Positions 1 to 10,153 of a stretch of 20,000 nt of DNA are shown piece after piece; position 1 is the stretch's first letter, and each line of letters opens with the position of its first letter. Source of the stretch: an uncultured virus (IMG/VR IMGVR_UViG_3300027668_000014). Taxonomy: Duplodnaviria > Heunggongvirae > Uroviricota > Caudoviricetes > Crassvirales. A model generated the notes under the pieces. The model saw only the letters and a list, made by a program, of their open reading frames with translations. It was not told the origin of the DNA and made no database searches. The translations under genes and the position numbers were made by a program. The stretch lies in the IMG/VR virus record IMGVR_UViG_3300027668_000014, one strand, 5' to 3'.

Positions 1-1063
1 TGTCATCCATCGCTAACGAAGTAGCTCTGTTTACAAACATCATGTTTTCTTCAATAGCACCTTGAGAATCAAATTCTGCTAAGATAGCGTCAAATTCAGC
101 TAAATCAGTTGCAGCATTCACGCCAGTGATACCAGAAGTAATATTACCTCTTGACTCAATAGCAGCGAACAAACCTTCAGTACCAACACCGTCTCCAGCA
201 GCAGTTCCATTTAACCAAGCAGATCCATCTAAATCAGAAGTTGAATCATTTTTCTCAGCCTCTAACATTGCCATTTCAATATAGTCATTAAAACGAGCTC
301 TTGTATCAGACTCAGCTTTTAAGTACCACATGTATCCAGCAGCACCTTCCTCAGAAGTAATCTCAACCCATCCAATTTTAGAAACATCAGATCCAGATAC
401 TTCGTAGTAATCTTTCATGATGATTGGTTTATTTGAGAATGTATGGAAATCTGGCTCATTAGCTCCTTTAGTACTAACCTCAGTACCAGTATTGCTTCTG
501 TAGCTATCAGCTTTTCCAAATTCAGAACCATAAACTAACACTGTTGATCCTGCAGTAGGTCCAACTAATAGCGCAGCGGCACCGTTAGCGTAAGGAGATA
601 CATCTATAGTTGTTGCCGCAACAGCACCAACTAAACACTTAACCACACCATTAGCAGAATCAGATACAATTACTGTATCATTAACTCTTATAGAGTGACC
701 TTTAGCATTTAATGCTCTACCATCGATATCAGTATTAAGCGTGATTCTTGAAGATGCAGCACCACCAGCTCCAATAGCTACTCCACTACCAGCAGCGACA
801 GTCGCTTTGTAAGATAAATGTAAACGACCTTGCTCAGACCAAATAACTTGGTCAGCAGTCATCGCTTCTTCAGCTCCTACTTGTGAAAGAAATCCTGAAA
901 TAGTTCTCGGTCCGAAAACTTCAGCTTCTTTTTCCATAAGATCTGGTACGTATTGTTGTCCCCATCCGGCTGCGCCGTTAAGGTCTAAGTAGTTTGTTGC
1001 TAATGTCTGCTTAAAAGGAGCAGGTACACTGTTTAACAAACCACCGGGATTTGATATTGCCAT
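1..1063 (-). CDS. Major capsid protein (3' end beyond window start)
   Basis: Not in the ORF track because it runs off the edge. Hand translation from ATG at 1063 gives MAISNPGGLLNSVPAPFKQTLATNYLDLNGAAGWGQQYVPDLMEKEAEVFGPRTISGFLSQVGAEEAMTADQVIWSEQGRLHLSY... It lies directly after portal and scaffold, and the 'QVIWSEQGRLH' segment resembles MCPs of marine Bacteroidota phages. Confidence 0.8.
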   Translation of the reverse strand, partial: MAISNPGGLLNSVPAPFKQTLATNYLDLNGAAGWGQQYVPDLMEKEAEVFGPRTISGFLSQVGAEEAMTADQVIWSEQGRLHLSYKATVAAGSGVAIGAGGAASSRITLNTDIDGRALNAKGHSIRVNDTVIVSDSANGVVKCLVGAVAATTIDVSPYANGAAALLVGPTAGSTVLVYGSEFGKADSYRSNTGTEVSTKGANEPDFHTFSNKPIIMKDYYEVSGSDVSKIGWVEITSEEGAAGYMWYLKAESDTRARFNDYIEMAMLEAEKNDSTSDLDGSAWLNGTAAGDGVGTEGLFAAIESRGNITSGITGVNAATDLAEFDAILAEFDSQGAIEENMMFVNRATSLAMDD

Positions 1064-1083
1064 AATTTTGTTTTTTTAAATTT

Positions 1084-2286
1084 TTATTTATTTTTGTTTT
1101 TAATTTTAAATTGGAAATCTTCCGAATCGTTACTTAGAGTACGCACGGTAAACCCGTTGTTGGTAATAGCACCTTCGTGCACTTGCCTAGGATCCATGCT
1201 AACATTCTTGGACTTAGCAATGCTGTTTTTTAAAGCGTCAGCCTTACCTTGCTCGTAGAAATGATTTGCAATTTGATCAGGGTTCATTGCTGTAAAAAGT
1301 CCTTTGTGGTATCCACTCGCGTCGTCTATTGTATTATCTTCGGTCAAAAACTTTTTGATGAAGTTGTTAATATCTCCTTGAGTTTCTTTTAACTTAGCTG
1401 TATCCTTGACATTAAACCTAAATTTCTTTTCTCCGACGTTATATTCAAAACCTTTGAATTTATCGTTAAAAACTTGATTAGTTTTGTTTTCAAAAATAGA
1501 TGCTTGCTTTTTACTTAGCTCGTACTTTTCTTCTGATTCCAGGTTGTATCTATTAAAAAAATCAATTGCCTCTTGTTGATCTGTCGTGAGTTTCGATCCA
1601 GCTTTGATTTCTTCATAGTACTTGGACTTTACACCGTCCAGGTGTTGCCTTGCTTGAGCAACTTGCTCCTTCATGGCTAGTTTTTTTCTTTTTATATCTC
1701 TATCATCATCTTCGTCTTCGTCGTAAGCAAAGGTATCTTCCATTACGAAGTCAACTTCGTCACTGGTTAGATGAGGTTTTGTAGACTTATAATATTCTTT
1801 TAGTAAGGTGTGATTGTCTAGTTCTGAGTAATCCTGATTAAGAGTTACATAATCTGTTAGGTCACCACCTGTTTCTTTCATAAAGTTTACTAACTTTAAT
1901 AGGTCATCAGACAAAGGTTCTTGACCTACGGTCTTTTGTTCGATGTTTTTCTCAACCTCAACAGGAGCTTCAATTACCTCCTCTGTTTCCTGTTCTGTAG
2001 TAACCTCTTCTAAAACAGGTACTTCCTCTTGCTCCACAACTTTTTCTTTAACAGTTAACACTTCTTCTACGGCTTCAGGCTCGCTTACAACTTCCTCATC
2101 AGGTTGCTTCATGTTAACCTTGGTAATTGTTTCCTCAGTGATTTGAGCTGGTTTTTTCATTTTAGCCTCAACCTTAGTAACATCTCCTTCTGTTTTATTG
2201 TTGTCTGGTTGTTTTGTTGTTTTTTCTTTTACTTTAATTTTGCCAGTATCGTCATTTGCGATTGGCTCTTCTTTTTTCTTTGCCAT
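1084..2286 (-). CDS. Putative capsid scaffolding protein (400 aa)
   Basis: Very acidic, low-complexity N-terminus followed by helical/coiled-coil segments; located between portal and MCP. Confidence 0.65.
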   Translation of the reverse strand: MAKKKEEPIANDDTGKIKVKEKTTKQPDNNKTEGDVTKVEAKMKKPAQITEETITKVNMKQPDEEVVSEPEAVEEVLTVKEKVVEQEEVPVLEEVTTEQETEEVIEAPVEVEKNIEQKTVGQEPLSDDLLKLVNFMKETGGDLTDYVTLNQDYSELDNHTLLKEYYKSTKPHLTSDEVDFVMEDTFAYDEDEDDDRDIKRKKLAMKEQVAQARQHLDGVKSKYYEEIKAGSKLTTDQQEAIDFFNRYNLESEEKYELSKKQASIFENKTNQVFNDKFKGFEYNVGEKKFRFNVKDTAKLKETQGDINNFIKKFLTEDNTIDDASGYHKGLFTAMNPDQIANHFYEQGKADALKNSIAKSKNVSMDPRQVHEGAITNNGFTVRTLSNDSEDFQFKIKNKNK

Positions 2287-2313
2287 AATATAATATAATA
2301 ATAGTTAATAAAT

Positions 2314-4710
2314 TTATCTAGGTCCAAAGCTTGACATATCCCCAAGACCTCCTAAAGTGTCGTTACCAGAAGATTCAAAATCTTTAGGTGGTTTATTGTT
2401 GTTTCTTTGGTCAATCATCTCACTTTGTTGGGATGCTTGGATTTTTGTTCTGTTATCTTTTCTGTCTTCTTTTTCTTTTTCAGCCTTATCTTTACCTTGA
2501 CCCTCGCCCATTTTTAATTGCATGTTATAGTCAAACTCAAGTTGCATTAACTGTTTTTTAATCTCAGCTTCTTGTATTAACTTTTCCATTTCAAAACCAG
2601 ACTTTGCTTGTTCTATAGATATAGCTGTTTGCGCTACTGCTTTGTTTTTCTCTATTTCTAGTTTAGCAGAAGACTCTTGTTGTTGTATGTTGGCCTCGGC
2701 TTGAGCCTGCATGTTTTCTTGTTGTAGCTTTTGATCTTTTTGAACCTTCTTTTTTCTTCTGATTTTAAGAAGCTGATTAGCTAGTTTTATGTTTCGTATT
2801 TCCCTAAGGTCAATCGCATCCTCCAACTCGATGTTCTGTTGTCCTAGAGCTACTTGAATGTTGTTTTCTAAAATTGCTTTTTCTTCTTCGTCTGGAGATA
2901 GCTCTATAAATATACCAAAATCATATAAATGCAGTTCACTCATTTCAGTCAACGTTGCTACGTTGTGAGCTCCTATAGCTTGTATAAAAGCTTCTCTTGT
3001 TGGCGAGTATTCTATGATATCAGATATTCTAAGCGATAAACACTCGGTAACGTTTTTGGTTATAAATAAACCACCTTGTAATATGTGCCTCGTGGCTGTA
3101 TTAGAGTTTGCTGCAGCTAGCTTTTGAACCCCAACCAAAGCCTTTGGATCTGGATTAGCAGCGTCTCTAGCTTCGTTAAGACCCGTAACATCCCTTATCA
3201 TTTGCAGGTAATAGTTGTAGTTCCCTATAAGTGATTGAAGCTTTTGTCCGCCCGCTCCACTTGTTATTTCTTGAATAGGTATTTTACCTGGATTCATATC
3301 GCCATCCTGAGTGAAAGATCTACCAATAACAGATCCTGTCTGAAAAAACATGTTTAAAGCTTCTTGTGGATTGTAGTTTGTTCCATTACCTAAATCTATT
3401 TCAGCTAAGCCGTCAGCATCTAAATAAACACCGTCCGGTGTCATCCTAGACATAACTTGTTGTATTTTCAAGTGCGTAAGCTGGATCATATCTGCAAAGC
3501 CAGTAATTCTTTTAACTAACGAATCAATTCTACCCTCATACATTCTAGGAGCGCACATAGAGTAGTTCATCTTAACCTTAGTAAAATCACTCTTAGGACG
3601 CATCATGTTCTTAGCCATCTCCCACTTTAAAAGCTTTTTAGTACCTAAAACTAAAGCGCCATCGTAAAGTACCTCCATTTTCCTAGATTCTTTAGTGAAG
3701 TTTTCTGTATCAACAGCTTCAAACGAATCGTCTTTTGGTATAGCTTTGTCTCCTCCGCTAGCGCTCTCCTTTAACTTATAAACCTCGCTCATGTAGGTTT
3801 TGTAATTAAAGTACAACACGCTAATATTATTTTTATCAGAATCGTTGTTTGTACGTTTTGACATGTTATACCTGTCTCTTACCACGTTGTTCTTAGTGAT
3901 CTCCTCTAAATCCGCAGTTGTTAAGTGTGGAAACTGTTTTATGAGTTCGTTTACAGGGATCTGCTTAACTTCTCCAACATAGTATATGTCATCAAAATAA
4001 GGCGAGTCAGAGTGAGAGTAAACTAGGTTTGCTGGGTCAACGTAGTCTACCGTTACACCTTCAGATGTGTTGAAGCAAGTTTTAACAGCACCCATGCCTA
4101 ACACCGTTAAGTCGTAGTAAAATCTTTTTTTAGTTAACTCATAATCATTACCTTCCAGCAAAGTATTTATAGCTTGTTCTTCAGCTATTTCTACAGCTTG
4201 CTTGTAATTAAGCTGCATGTGTAAGTCTAGTTCTTCTTGAGAATCTGGAAGTAAACTGGGTTCGTTAATATAAAGATCTAAATTAAACTTGTCTTTCACG
4301 AAATCCTTAACCTCTTTACTTCTCATGTCCTCCATGATAGAATTCATGTACTCAGTTCTTTTGCTAACTCCAAAAGGATCTTGAGAATAAGCTTTTATGT
4401 CGTAAGTTCTATTAGCCATACCGTTAGTAACTATGTCTACAAACTTAGATATTATTGGTACAGGCTTCCAATCTAAATTAAGATAGGACAAATCACCGTT
4501 GATCGATAACTCATCCTTATACTTTTGAACTGACTGCTCGCCTCTAGCGTACAACCTTAAATTACGAAAACTATTACTGCTACTAGCATACCTCGTAGTT
4601 TGATTGTTTTCATCAAACCACTCACCTTCAATAGCCTGTGCTACCTTGAGCCCATACTCATAGCTTATTTTTTCTACATCGCTAACTATTTGATTTGGAA
4701 AATTCCTCAT
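2314..4710 (-). CDS. Portal protein (798 aa)
   Basis: Directly downstream of TerL. Size, a 'IRDVTGLNEARD' segment and a Q/E-rich C-terminal coiled coil fit P22-like portals with a barrel. Confidence 0.8.
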   Translation of the reverse strand: MRNFPNQIVSDVEKISYEYGLKVAQAIEGEWFDENNQTTRYASSSNSFRNLRLYARGEQSVQKYKDELSINGDLSYLNLDWKPVPIISKFVDIVTNGMANRTYDIKAYSQDPFGVSKRTEYMNSIMEDMRSKEVKDFVKDKFNLDLYINEPSLLPDSQEELDLHMQLNYKQAVEIAEEQAINTLLEGNDYELTKKRFYYDLTVLGMGAVKTCFNTSEGVTVDYVDPANLVYSHSDSPYFDDIYYVGEVKQIPVNELIKQFPHLTTADLEEITKNNVVRDRYNMSKRTNNDSDKNNISVLYFNYKTYMSEVYKLKESASGGDKAIPKDDSFEAVDTENFTKESRKMEVLYDGALVLGTKKLLKWEMAKNMMRPKSDFTKVKMNYSMCAPRMYEGRIDSLVKRITGFADMIQLTHLKIQQVMSRMTPDGVYLDADGLAEIDLGNGTNYNPQEALNMFFQTGSVIGRSFTQDGDMNPGKIPIQEITSGAGGQKLQSLIGNYNYYLQMIRDVTGLNEARDAANPDPKALVGVQKLAAANSNTATRHILQGGLFITKNVTECLSLRISDIIEYSPTREAFIQAIGAHNVATLTEMSELHLYDFGIFIELSPDEEEKAILENNIQVALGQQNIELEDAIDLREIRNIKLANQLLKIRRKKKVQKDQKLQQENMQAQAEANIQQQESSAKLEIEKNKAVAQTAISIEQAKSGFEMEKLIQEAEIKKQLMQLEFDYNMQLKMGEGQGKDKAEKEKEDRKDNRTKIQASQQSEMIDQRNNNKPPKDFESSGNDTLGGLGDMSSFGPR

Positions 4711-4711
4711 A

Positions 4712-6931
4712 TTAATCTTTTATTATCTTAGAAGCGATGCCTTTGTTAGAGTATCTGGCTACACTTATGTTTAATTTTGGTTTTTCTACCTTTGCATTTG
4801 GCCTGTATAAATGCCTATTATTTGCCATAATAGCTAAACCAGAACTTATGGACGCATCATGCTTTGTTCTTTTGTTTATGTCAAACTTACACCAGTCATT
4901 TAATAGTTCATTGAAATAACAATCACCGTGCGTTCCATCTTGTTTAATACCTACGTGATCTTGAATGTACATCTCAATAGCAGCTGCGTGAGCTTGTTTT
5001 ATGTCCTCACTTGAATTCGGTATACCACCAACTTCTTTTTCCGCTACAGACAGCTTGTTCCATAACTTATCAGGTCTATTCATACTAAACCCTCTGTACC
5101 CTCTTCTTCTTAAATAATACAAAAGCCGTGGTTTATTGTTCTCTGCTAATATTGGCATCCCGTAAAATACTAAAGCCATTAGAACGTCTTCAAAGAACAT
5201 CTCAGCTGTTGGAGGTCTTGATAAGTATTCTAGGAAAAAGTTGTTAGCCGGAGCGTCTTCCATACTAAATTTAGTTAAACCGTGTAAAGCTCCCTTTGAC
5301 CCTACTCCATCTACTGTTCCTGATATATCGTATGAATCACAACCAAAAGAACCCATGTGTTCATTTCCTGGGTACCTAATACCATTTTTAAGCACAACAT
5401 TGTTTTGTATGCTAGAAGGTGGAACCCAGCTTAATTTAAACCTACCTTTTCTGTCTGGATAAAATATAACTTGAGAGTCTTTAACTCCATTAACCCACTG
5501 GAAATTACCTTGTGTAATACCTAGAGTACTTGACATCTCCTCGTTGTAATCTATTTGCTGGTACAACTTTACTAAGTTAAATATACTCCCTTTAGTCTCA
5601 TCTCTAAACGCATGCTCTGTGGTTCTTGGAAACTGACGGTAAAATTCATTCAAACCATCTGAGTCATCTTTTAAACCGTCTACTTCGTTTTGCCAGTTAT
5701 CTATTACACCTACATCTATCAGTTCACCGCTTGGGTCGAACCTATCGACATCAGGAGTAGTGAAAACTGGAATTCCGAACTCATCAATAAATCCTTCGTA
5801 GTTCCATTCCATTGGGATAAACAAAGAGTATAAACCAGACTTTGTCTGGCCATTTCTGTTTCTTTTTGTAACGTCTGAAGCATTGTATAGTTTTTTAAAG
5901 TTCTCACCTCCTTTGTCTAAAGCATTTGATGTTGATCCCATCATACACTTACCGATGATTCTAGATCCTAATCTTAAACAAGTTTTTGTAACTCTCCAGT
6001 TATTAAGTATATTCTCAGGTCTCTCCCATTTACCAGCCTCGTCATGCACTAGTAGCGCTAGTTTCTCACCATCATAACTATTGTCTCCTGTGTTCTTCCA
6101 GTCAATTGTTGTATCTAATCCTTCTAAGTCTTCTATCTTTTCGTTTGCTGTTATCTTTTTTCTAGTGAACCTCGTGGACGGCACTCTGTATGCTAGCTCT
6201 GTTTTCGGGCGATCCATACCATCTTGAATAGGTTTAAAAAAGAATGGATAGTTTATACTAATAGGAACTACTTTGTCGGTAAACATTTTTTTAGCATCAG
6301 CACCTGTTTTAGATAAGATACCAAATCTACTATCACCTGCAAGAGTGGCTAAGTTAACGGTTTCAGCGGAAGACATAAAAGAAAAGCCAGATCGTCTGTT
6401 TTTAAGGTAGCACATTCCATAACATCTTTTATCTGCTTTACAGGCTTCCCAGAATATAAAGAATAATCTGTTTGCCTCTCTAAAGTCTGGTGCTCCAACA
6501 TCAATCTTACTCCATTGTAAATACATGTAGTGAGTACCTGGCATCCAAGTTGCCTTGCCATTGTTAGTGAACCAAAACCCCTCTTCTCTTCTTTTGAACT
6601 CTTCGTCTATATAATCGTACCATTGTTCTTTTTGATCCTCCGGATAAGCACGCCAATCAAAGATGTTCTTTAAGCGCTCCAATTCTTTCGGTTGAGTAAA
6701 TCTAACCCATTTATCTTTAGCGTTGCTATACACATCCTTAGGCACCTTAGGTAGAGCGATAACTAGATCTTGTATTTGTATGATTTCTCCTATCTGTCCA
6801 TCACGCGATAGCACTATCAAATCTTGTTCTTTGTTGTAACCGTACTTCCACTTCCTACCCTTGTTCATTCTGGATATAGTGGTAAGCTTTATTGGCTCGA
6901 CTGTTTTAACTAAGGTTTGCTCGTAGATCAT
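4712..6931 (-). CDS. terL: Terminase large subunit (739 aa)
   Basis: Walker A-like LKNRRSGFS, Walker B LLVHDEAGKW, motif III MGST and RNase H-like nuclease GCDSYD with later acidic residues. ATGA overlap with the upstream gene. Confidence 0.9.
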   Translation of the reverse strand: MIYEQTLVKTVEPIKLTTISRMNKGRKWKYGYNKEQDLIVLSRDGQIGEIIQIQDLVIALPKVPKDVYSNAKDKWVRFTQPKELERLKNIFDWRAYPEDQKEQWYDYIDEEFKRREEGFWFTNNGKATWMPGTHYMYLQWSKIDVGAPDFREANRLFFIFWEACKADKRCYGMCYLKNRRSGFSFMSSAETVNLATLAGDSRFGILSKTGADAKKMFTDKVVPISINYPFFFKPIQDGMDRPKTELAYRVPSTRFTRKKITANEKIEDLEGLDTTIDWKNTGDNSYDGEKLALLVHDEAGKWERPENILNNWRVTKTCLRLGSRIIGKCMMGSTSNALDKGGENFKKLYNASDVTKRNRNGQTKSGLYSLFIPMEWNYEGFIDEFGIPVFTTPDVDRFDPSGELIDVGVIDNWQNEVDGLKDDSDGLNEFYRQFPRTTEHAFRDETKGSIFNLVKLYQQIDYNEEMSSTLGITQGNFQWVNGVKDSQVIFYPDRKGRFKLSWVPPSSIQNNVVLKNGIRYPGNEHMGSFGCDSYDISGTVDGVGSKGALHGLTKFSMEDAPANNFFLEYLSRPPTAEMFFEDVLMALVFYGMPILAENNKPRLLYYLRRRGYRGFSMNRPDKLWNKLSVAEKEVGGIPNSSEDIKQAHAAAIEMYIQDHVGIKQDGTHGDCYFNELLNDWCKFDINKRTKHDASISSGLAIMANNRHLYRPNAKVEKPKLNISVARYSNKGIASKIIKD

Positions 6932-7206
6932 TTAGATCTACCTTCAGCGAATCCTTTAAAGGTTTTATCCTTCACGTCTTCTATTGCTTTTCCTTCCAAT
7001 AAGTTCTCCTCCTCTTCAATCCTGCTAAGTATTTCAAACGCATCAAATATAGCTAGCTTCTTCGAAGCTGCTGCGTTCTTCAGCTTGTCAGCTGTTAAAT
7101 CATCTTCAGAGTCAGTGACAATAGCTTCTTTAGCTACTTTTATTAACTCCTCCACTGCTTTGTGCCCAGCCTGGATTATATTCTTCTTCGTTTCCTTGAC
7201 GTTCAT
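6928..7206 (-). CDS. Putative terminase small subunit (92 aa; start re-assigned to ATG 7206, MNVKETKK...)
   Basis: Helical protein immediately upstream of TerL. ATG 7206 is preceded by AATCAAAT, the A-rich motif also found upstream of starts at 8227 and 14524. Confidence 0.55.
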   Translation of the reverse strand: MNVKETKKNIIQAGHKAVEELIKVAKEAIVTDSEDDLTADKLKNAAASKKLAIFDAFEILSRIEEEENLLEGKAIEDVKDKTFKGFAEGRSK

Positions 7207-7741
7207 ATTTGATTGTAATAAAATTAGATAAAACTCGATATAGTCTCTCGCCATCAACGATAAACTCGTATTCACTACTTGGTCTAAAACCAACTAGATC
7301 GTTCACTTCGACTGTACCGTCTGAATATTTAACGATACCTTGTAAGGGTTTCTCAGCCTCAATATCAAACTGGTTTGTATTTTTTAAAGGCATTACAAAA
7401 CAATATCCTTTAGGGCAAATCCAACCATCATCTCTTTTATATAAAAAGATTTGGTCTGGCGCTACAAGATATGTAGACTCATTAAAAAAGCTTCTACTGT
7501 TTCTTTCTACGCCCTTAATGTCATGCCACCTTCTAAATACATTGTGGTGTACCAGTATAGTGTCACCTCGCATTATATCCGGGTGACCAACCATAGGAGT
7601 GGAAACCACCGTGGCTTCTCTATTAACAAACTGATGATTATAAATCTCAGTGTTTAATATTAGCTCACCACCGTCCACTTCTTTAGTGTTGTTATATCTA
7701 CCTCCTTTTGGCGCTATAACAAAGTCATAAACGCTTGTCAT
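7130..7741 (-). CDS. Tandem two-domain GroES/Cpn10-like co-chaperonin (203 aa)
   Basis: Domain 1 reads DFVIAP..GELILNT..ATVVSTP..IMRGDTILV. Domain 2 reads YCFVMPL..QGIVKY..VEVNDLVGF..EFIVDGERLYRVLSNFI. Both follow the GroES strand pattern. Confidence 0.6.
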   Translation of the reverse strand: MTSVYDFVIAPKGGRYNNTKEVDGGELILNTEIYNHQFVNREATVVSTPMVGHPDIMRGDTILVHHNVFRRWHDIKGVERNSRSFFNESTYLVAPDQIFLYKRDDGWICPKGYCFVMPLKNTNQFDIEAEKPLQGIVKYSDGTVEVNDLVGFRPSSEYEFIVDGERLYRVLSNFITIKYERQGNEEEYNPGWAQSSGGVNKSS

Positions 7742-7962
7742 TAGTACTGCAGATTATACTCTACTGATACCGCCATGTTTTTATTAAAGTCTTTCCAAGG
7801 CAAAACATCTTTACCTTTTTTAATATAAACGGAGAACTTATCTTTCTCCTCTATGATATCGCAGATAGTATGACCACCATACACTTCTTGCCCCACGGCA
7901 TAGTGCATAGCGTCATTCTTATAGTCTTTGCCAATACTAATCTTTCTTATCAGCTTCGCCAT
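7741..7962 (-). CDS. Hypothetical phage protein (73 aa)
   Basis: Clean ORF, translationally coupled to both neighbours. Confidence 0.7.
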   Translation of the reverse strand: MAKLIRKISIGKDYKNDAMHYAVGQEVYGGHTICDIIEEKDKFSVYIKKGKDVLPWKDFNKNMAVSVEYNLQY

Positions 7963-8227
7963 TTTCTATCGGATAATTTATAACACCTGTTTGAATATCA
8001 ATATCAAACGTTCCATACTCTAGTTCAAAGTCAGCCTGTAGTTTTTTCAATGTATCTCTTAGACCCGCTACGTTGTGCATTATTTCGTGTTTCTTTATTT
8101 CCATGACACCAATCTCTACTTGACTGTTGTTGAGAGCATTTATTGTGTCTTGAACATCCTTCAACTGTTGCTGATTGATTTTTTCTGGTTTAGATTTAAA
8201 ATCTATTATTTTTTCTTTTTTTGCCAT
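7937..8227 (-). CDS. Hypothetical coiled-coil protein (96 aa)
   Basis: Heptad-like central helix; A-rich leader. Confidence 0.7.
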   Translation of the reverse strand: MAKKEKIIDFKSKPEKINQQQLKDVQDTINALNNSQVEIGVMEIKKHEIMHNVAGLRDTLKKLQADFELEYGTFDIDIQTGVINYPIENGEADKKD

Positions 8228-8282
8228 TTTATTTGATTTAAGTTAATTTATTAAGTATATAGTTACACGTATATGCGAGTTA

Positions 8283-9104
8283 TTAGAACGGTACATTACC
8301 GGTTCCTGTTGTAACGTTACAACCACCGTTTTTTGTAAAATCATATCCTCCTCCTGAATGATCATCAGCACCATCAGTGTCGTCCATAGGTAACCAAACT
8401 AATAAAGCATTTGCTTGTGCTTGTGTGTAACTGCCAACACCCTGCTCACCCGCTGTCGTTGGGTTTCTCATTGCCGCACCACCAGCGTATAGATATTTTG
8501 CGGCAGCAAGATCTAACTCAACACCTTTCCAAGCCATGAACTGACACATCTTACCAGATAAATCATTCAAACCACCTGCCCTTCCAATAAGAATAGCAGT
8601 GCCTGTATCAACCATCTCACCACCACTACCACCCGTATTATTAGTGTCGGTTTGTAGAACTCCATTTATATACAACTTCCAACCTGTTAAGTTTCCATCG
8701 TGAGCCCAAACGTGATGCTCCCAATTAGTGTTAAATTGATTTTCAATAACTCTTCTTTTATAACTTTGATTTCCTTGGTAAGTATCTAAGAATAAACCAC
8801 CATTTGCACTAGTGTGGTAAAAATGTCTATAAGAATTACCGCCACTACCGCCATATTTTGAAATTATACCATAAGGAGCATTTGCCACGTCTCTCTTCAT
8901 CCAAAAAGAAAAACTATGTTTTTCGTTACTAGTGCTACTAGCGCTACCATCTGTAAATTCCCATTTATCATCTGAATCAGCATCAGCAAGAGAAAGAAAA
9001 TCACCACTCCCGTCAAAAATAAATGACTGAGTATTCGTGATGGTATTAGTGGGACCGCTACTTAGGTAATCTACGTGAGCGGCACTTAAACCCATGCCTA
9101 ACAT
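8283..9104 (-). CDS. LamG/concanavalin A-like domain structural protein (273 aa)
   Basis: Motifs FDGSGD, SFSFWMK, WEHHVW, KLYINGV and ILIGR are typical of Laminin_G_3 domains in phage tail or decoration proteins. Confidence 0.75.
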   Translation of the reverse strand: MLGMGLSAAHVDYLSSGPTNTITNTQSFIFDGSGDFLSLADADSDDKWEFTDGSASSTSNEKHSFSFWMKRDVANAPYGIISKYGGSGGNSYRHFYHTSANGGLFLDTYQGNQSYKRRVIENQFNTNWEHHVWAHDGNLTGWKLYINGVLQTDTNNTGGSGGEMVDTGTAILIGRAGGLNDLSGKMCQFMAWKGVELDLAAAKYLYAGGAAMRNPTTAGEQGVGSYTQAQANALLVWLPMDDTDGADDHSGGGYDFTKNGGCNVTTGTGNVPF

Positions 9105-9757
9105 TATTTACCGAAGTAACAAATCACACCACTTGCAGAAGGTTGGAACGCTGTCCATCTTCCATAAATAGTAACTCCTTTTGGATATACTTGTGCAGCA
9201 GCAGTTATACCACCCGCACCTTGTTCAGGGCCTAAGAATATTAGGTGTTGATTTACAGCTGGTGTTATTTGTGCAGATAACTGAGGATCTCCGTTATCAG
9301 CTATGCCAGTAACAAATACACCTCGTTTATTTGGGCCAGAGTATATTGGCACAGGAGTTTCTGTGTCTATAGTTAAACCAGATCCTTCGTGATCAGCGTC
9401 TAAAACCAATAATACAGCTTGCCCTACTTTTATCTTACCCGTAGTGGCTGATACCGAAACGTCAGCCCCAGCCGTGAAAGTAGCTGCTGTGTCACAGTTC
9501 GCTTGTGCAGAGCCTTGAAAGTTCATGTAGTCATCGGCCACGCCTACTACGTCGGTAGTCGTTCCACTAATTGAAACGTAACCAGGACCTCTAGTGTCTA
9601 ATTTTTCTGGCGTTAATACTGTCGGTGTGTTGTCTGATAAAAATTGAATAGCAACTATAACCATATCTTGTGGTGGTACTATTAATTTTTCAAGATCTGT
9701 ATAAGCACTACCTAGCTGACCAAAGCCATAAGCAACTTCTGTTGAATTTTGTCCCAT
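9104..9757 (-). CDS. Putative virion structural protein (217 aa)
   Basis: Beta-rich and G/A/T-rich, with C-terminal YPKGVTIYGRW; located in the structural module. Confidence 0.5.
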   Translation of the reverse strand: MGQNSTEVAYGFGQLGSAYTDLEKLIVPPQDMVIVAIQFLSDNTPTVLTPEKLDTRGPGYVSISGTTTDVVGVADDYMNFQGSAQANCDTAATFTAGADVSVSATTGKIKVGQAVLLVLDADHEGSGLTIDTETPVPIYSGPNKRGVFVTGIADNGDPQLSAQITPAVNQHLIFLGPEQGAGGITAAAQVYPKGVTIYGRWTAFQPSASGVICYFGK

Positions 9758-9760
9758 AAT

Positions 9761-10153
9761 TTATTTTTTTACTTTTTCTAATGATCGTCCACCGAAGTAG
9801 GCACCGATCACGGTTATTAATACTAGTTGTAATAAGTCTACCCACGAGGACTTAACCTCAAACTGAATGGTTCCAGCGTCTATAAATATCATCAATACTG
9901 TTGATACTACTAGAAATATTAGAACTAGTGGTCTTATGTTTTTGCTAAGCCATGAATCGGATTGCATATCCATTTTCCATCGCTCAGTTACTTGTTTTTG
10001 CATTTCTGCTTCATAGCTCGCTACAAGCTCTTTAATCTTTAGTTCAGCCGCTAGCTTCTCGTCTTTAGATGTATGTAGGTTATCTATAACACCACCTACG
10101 CTTTCTACAAGTTTAGCTGCTCCGCCAGATAGTAGTTTAGTTAAAATACTCAT
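9761..10153 (-). CDS. Holin, GTA-type 3TM family (130 aa)
   Basis: N-terminal amphipathic helix, DSWLSKNIRP, two hydrophobic helices and a C-terminal AYFGGRSLEK signature. Confidence 0.75.
   Translation of the reverse strand: MSILTKLLSGGAAKLVESVGGVIDNLHTSKDEKLAAELKIKELVASYEAEMQKQVTERWKMDMQSDSWLSKNIRPLVLIFLVVSTVLMIFIDAGTIQFEVKSSWVDLLQLVLITVIGAYFGGRSLEKVKK

Noticed and set aside
4712..6931. Intein or intron in the long TerL
   Set aside because: No C/S...HN splice motifs or LAGLIDADG blocks seen; the frame is uninterrupted.
7207..7293. N-terminal extension of the 121-aa ORF 6928-7293
   Set aside because: Lies wholly inside the GroES-like gene; ATG 7206 has the better initiation context.
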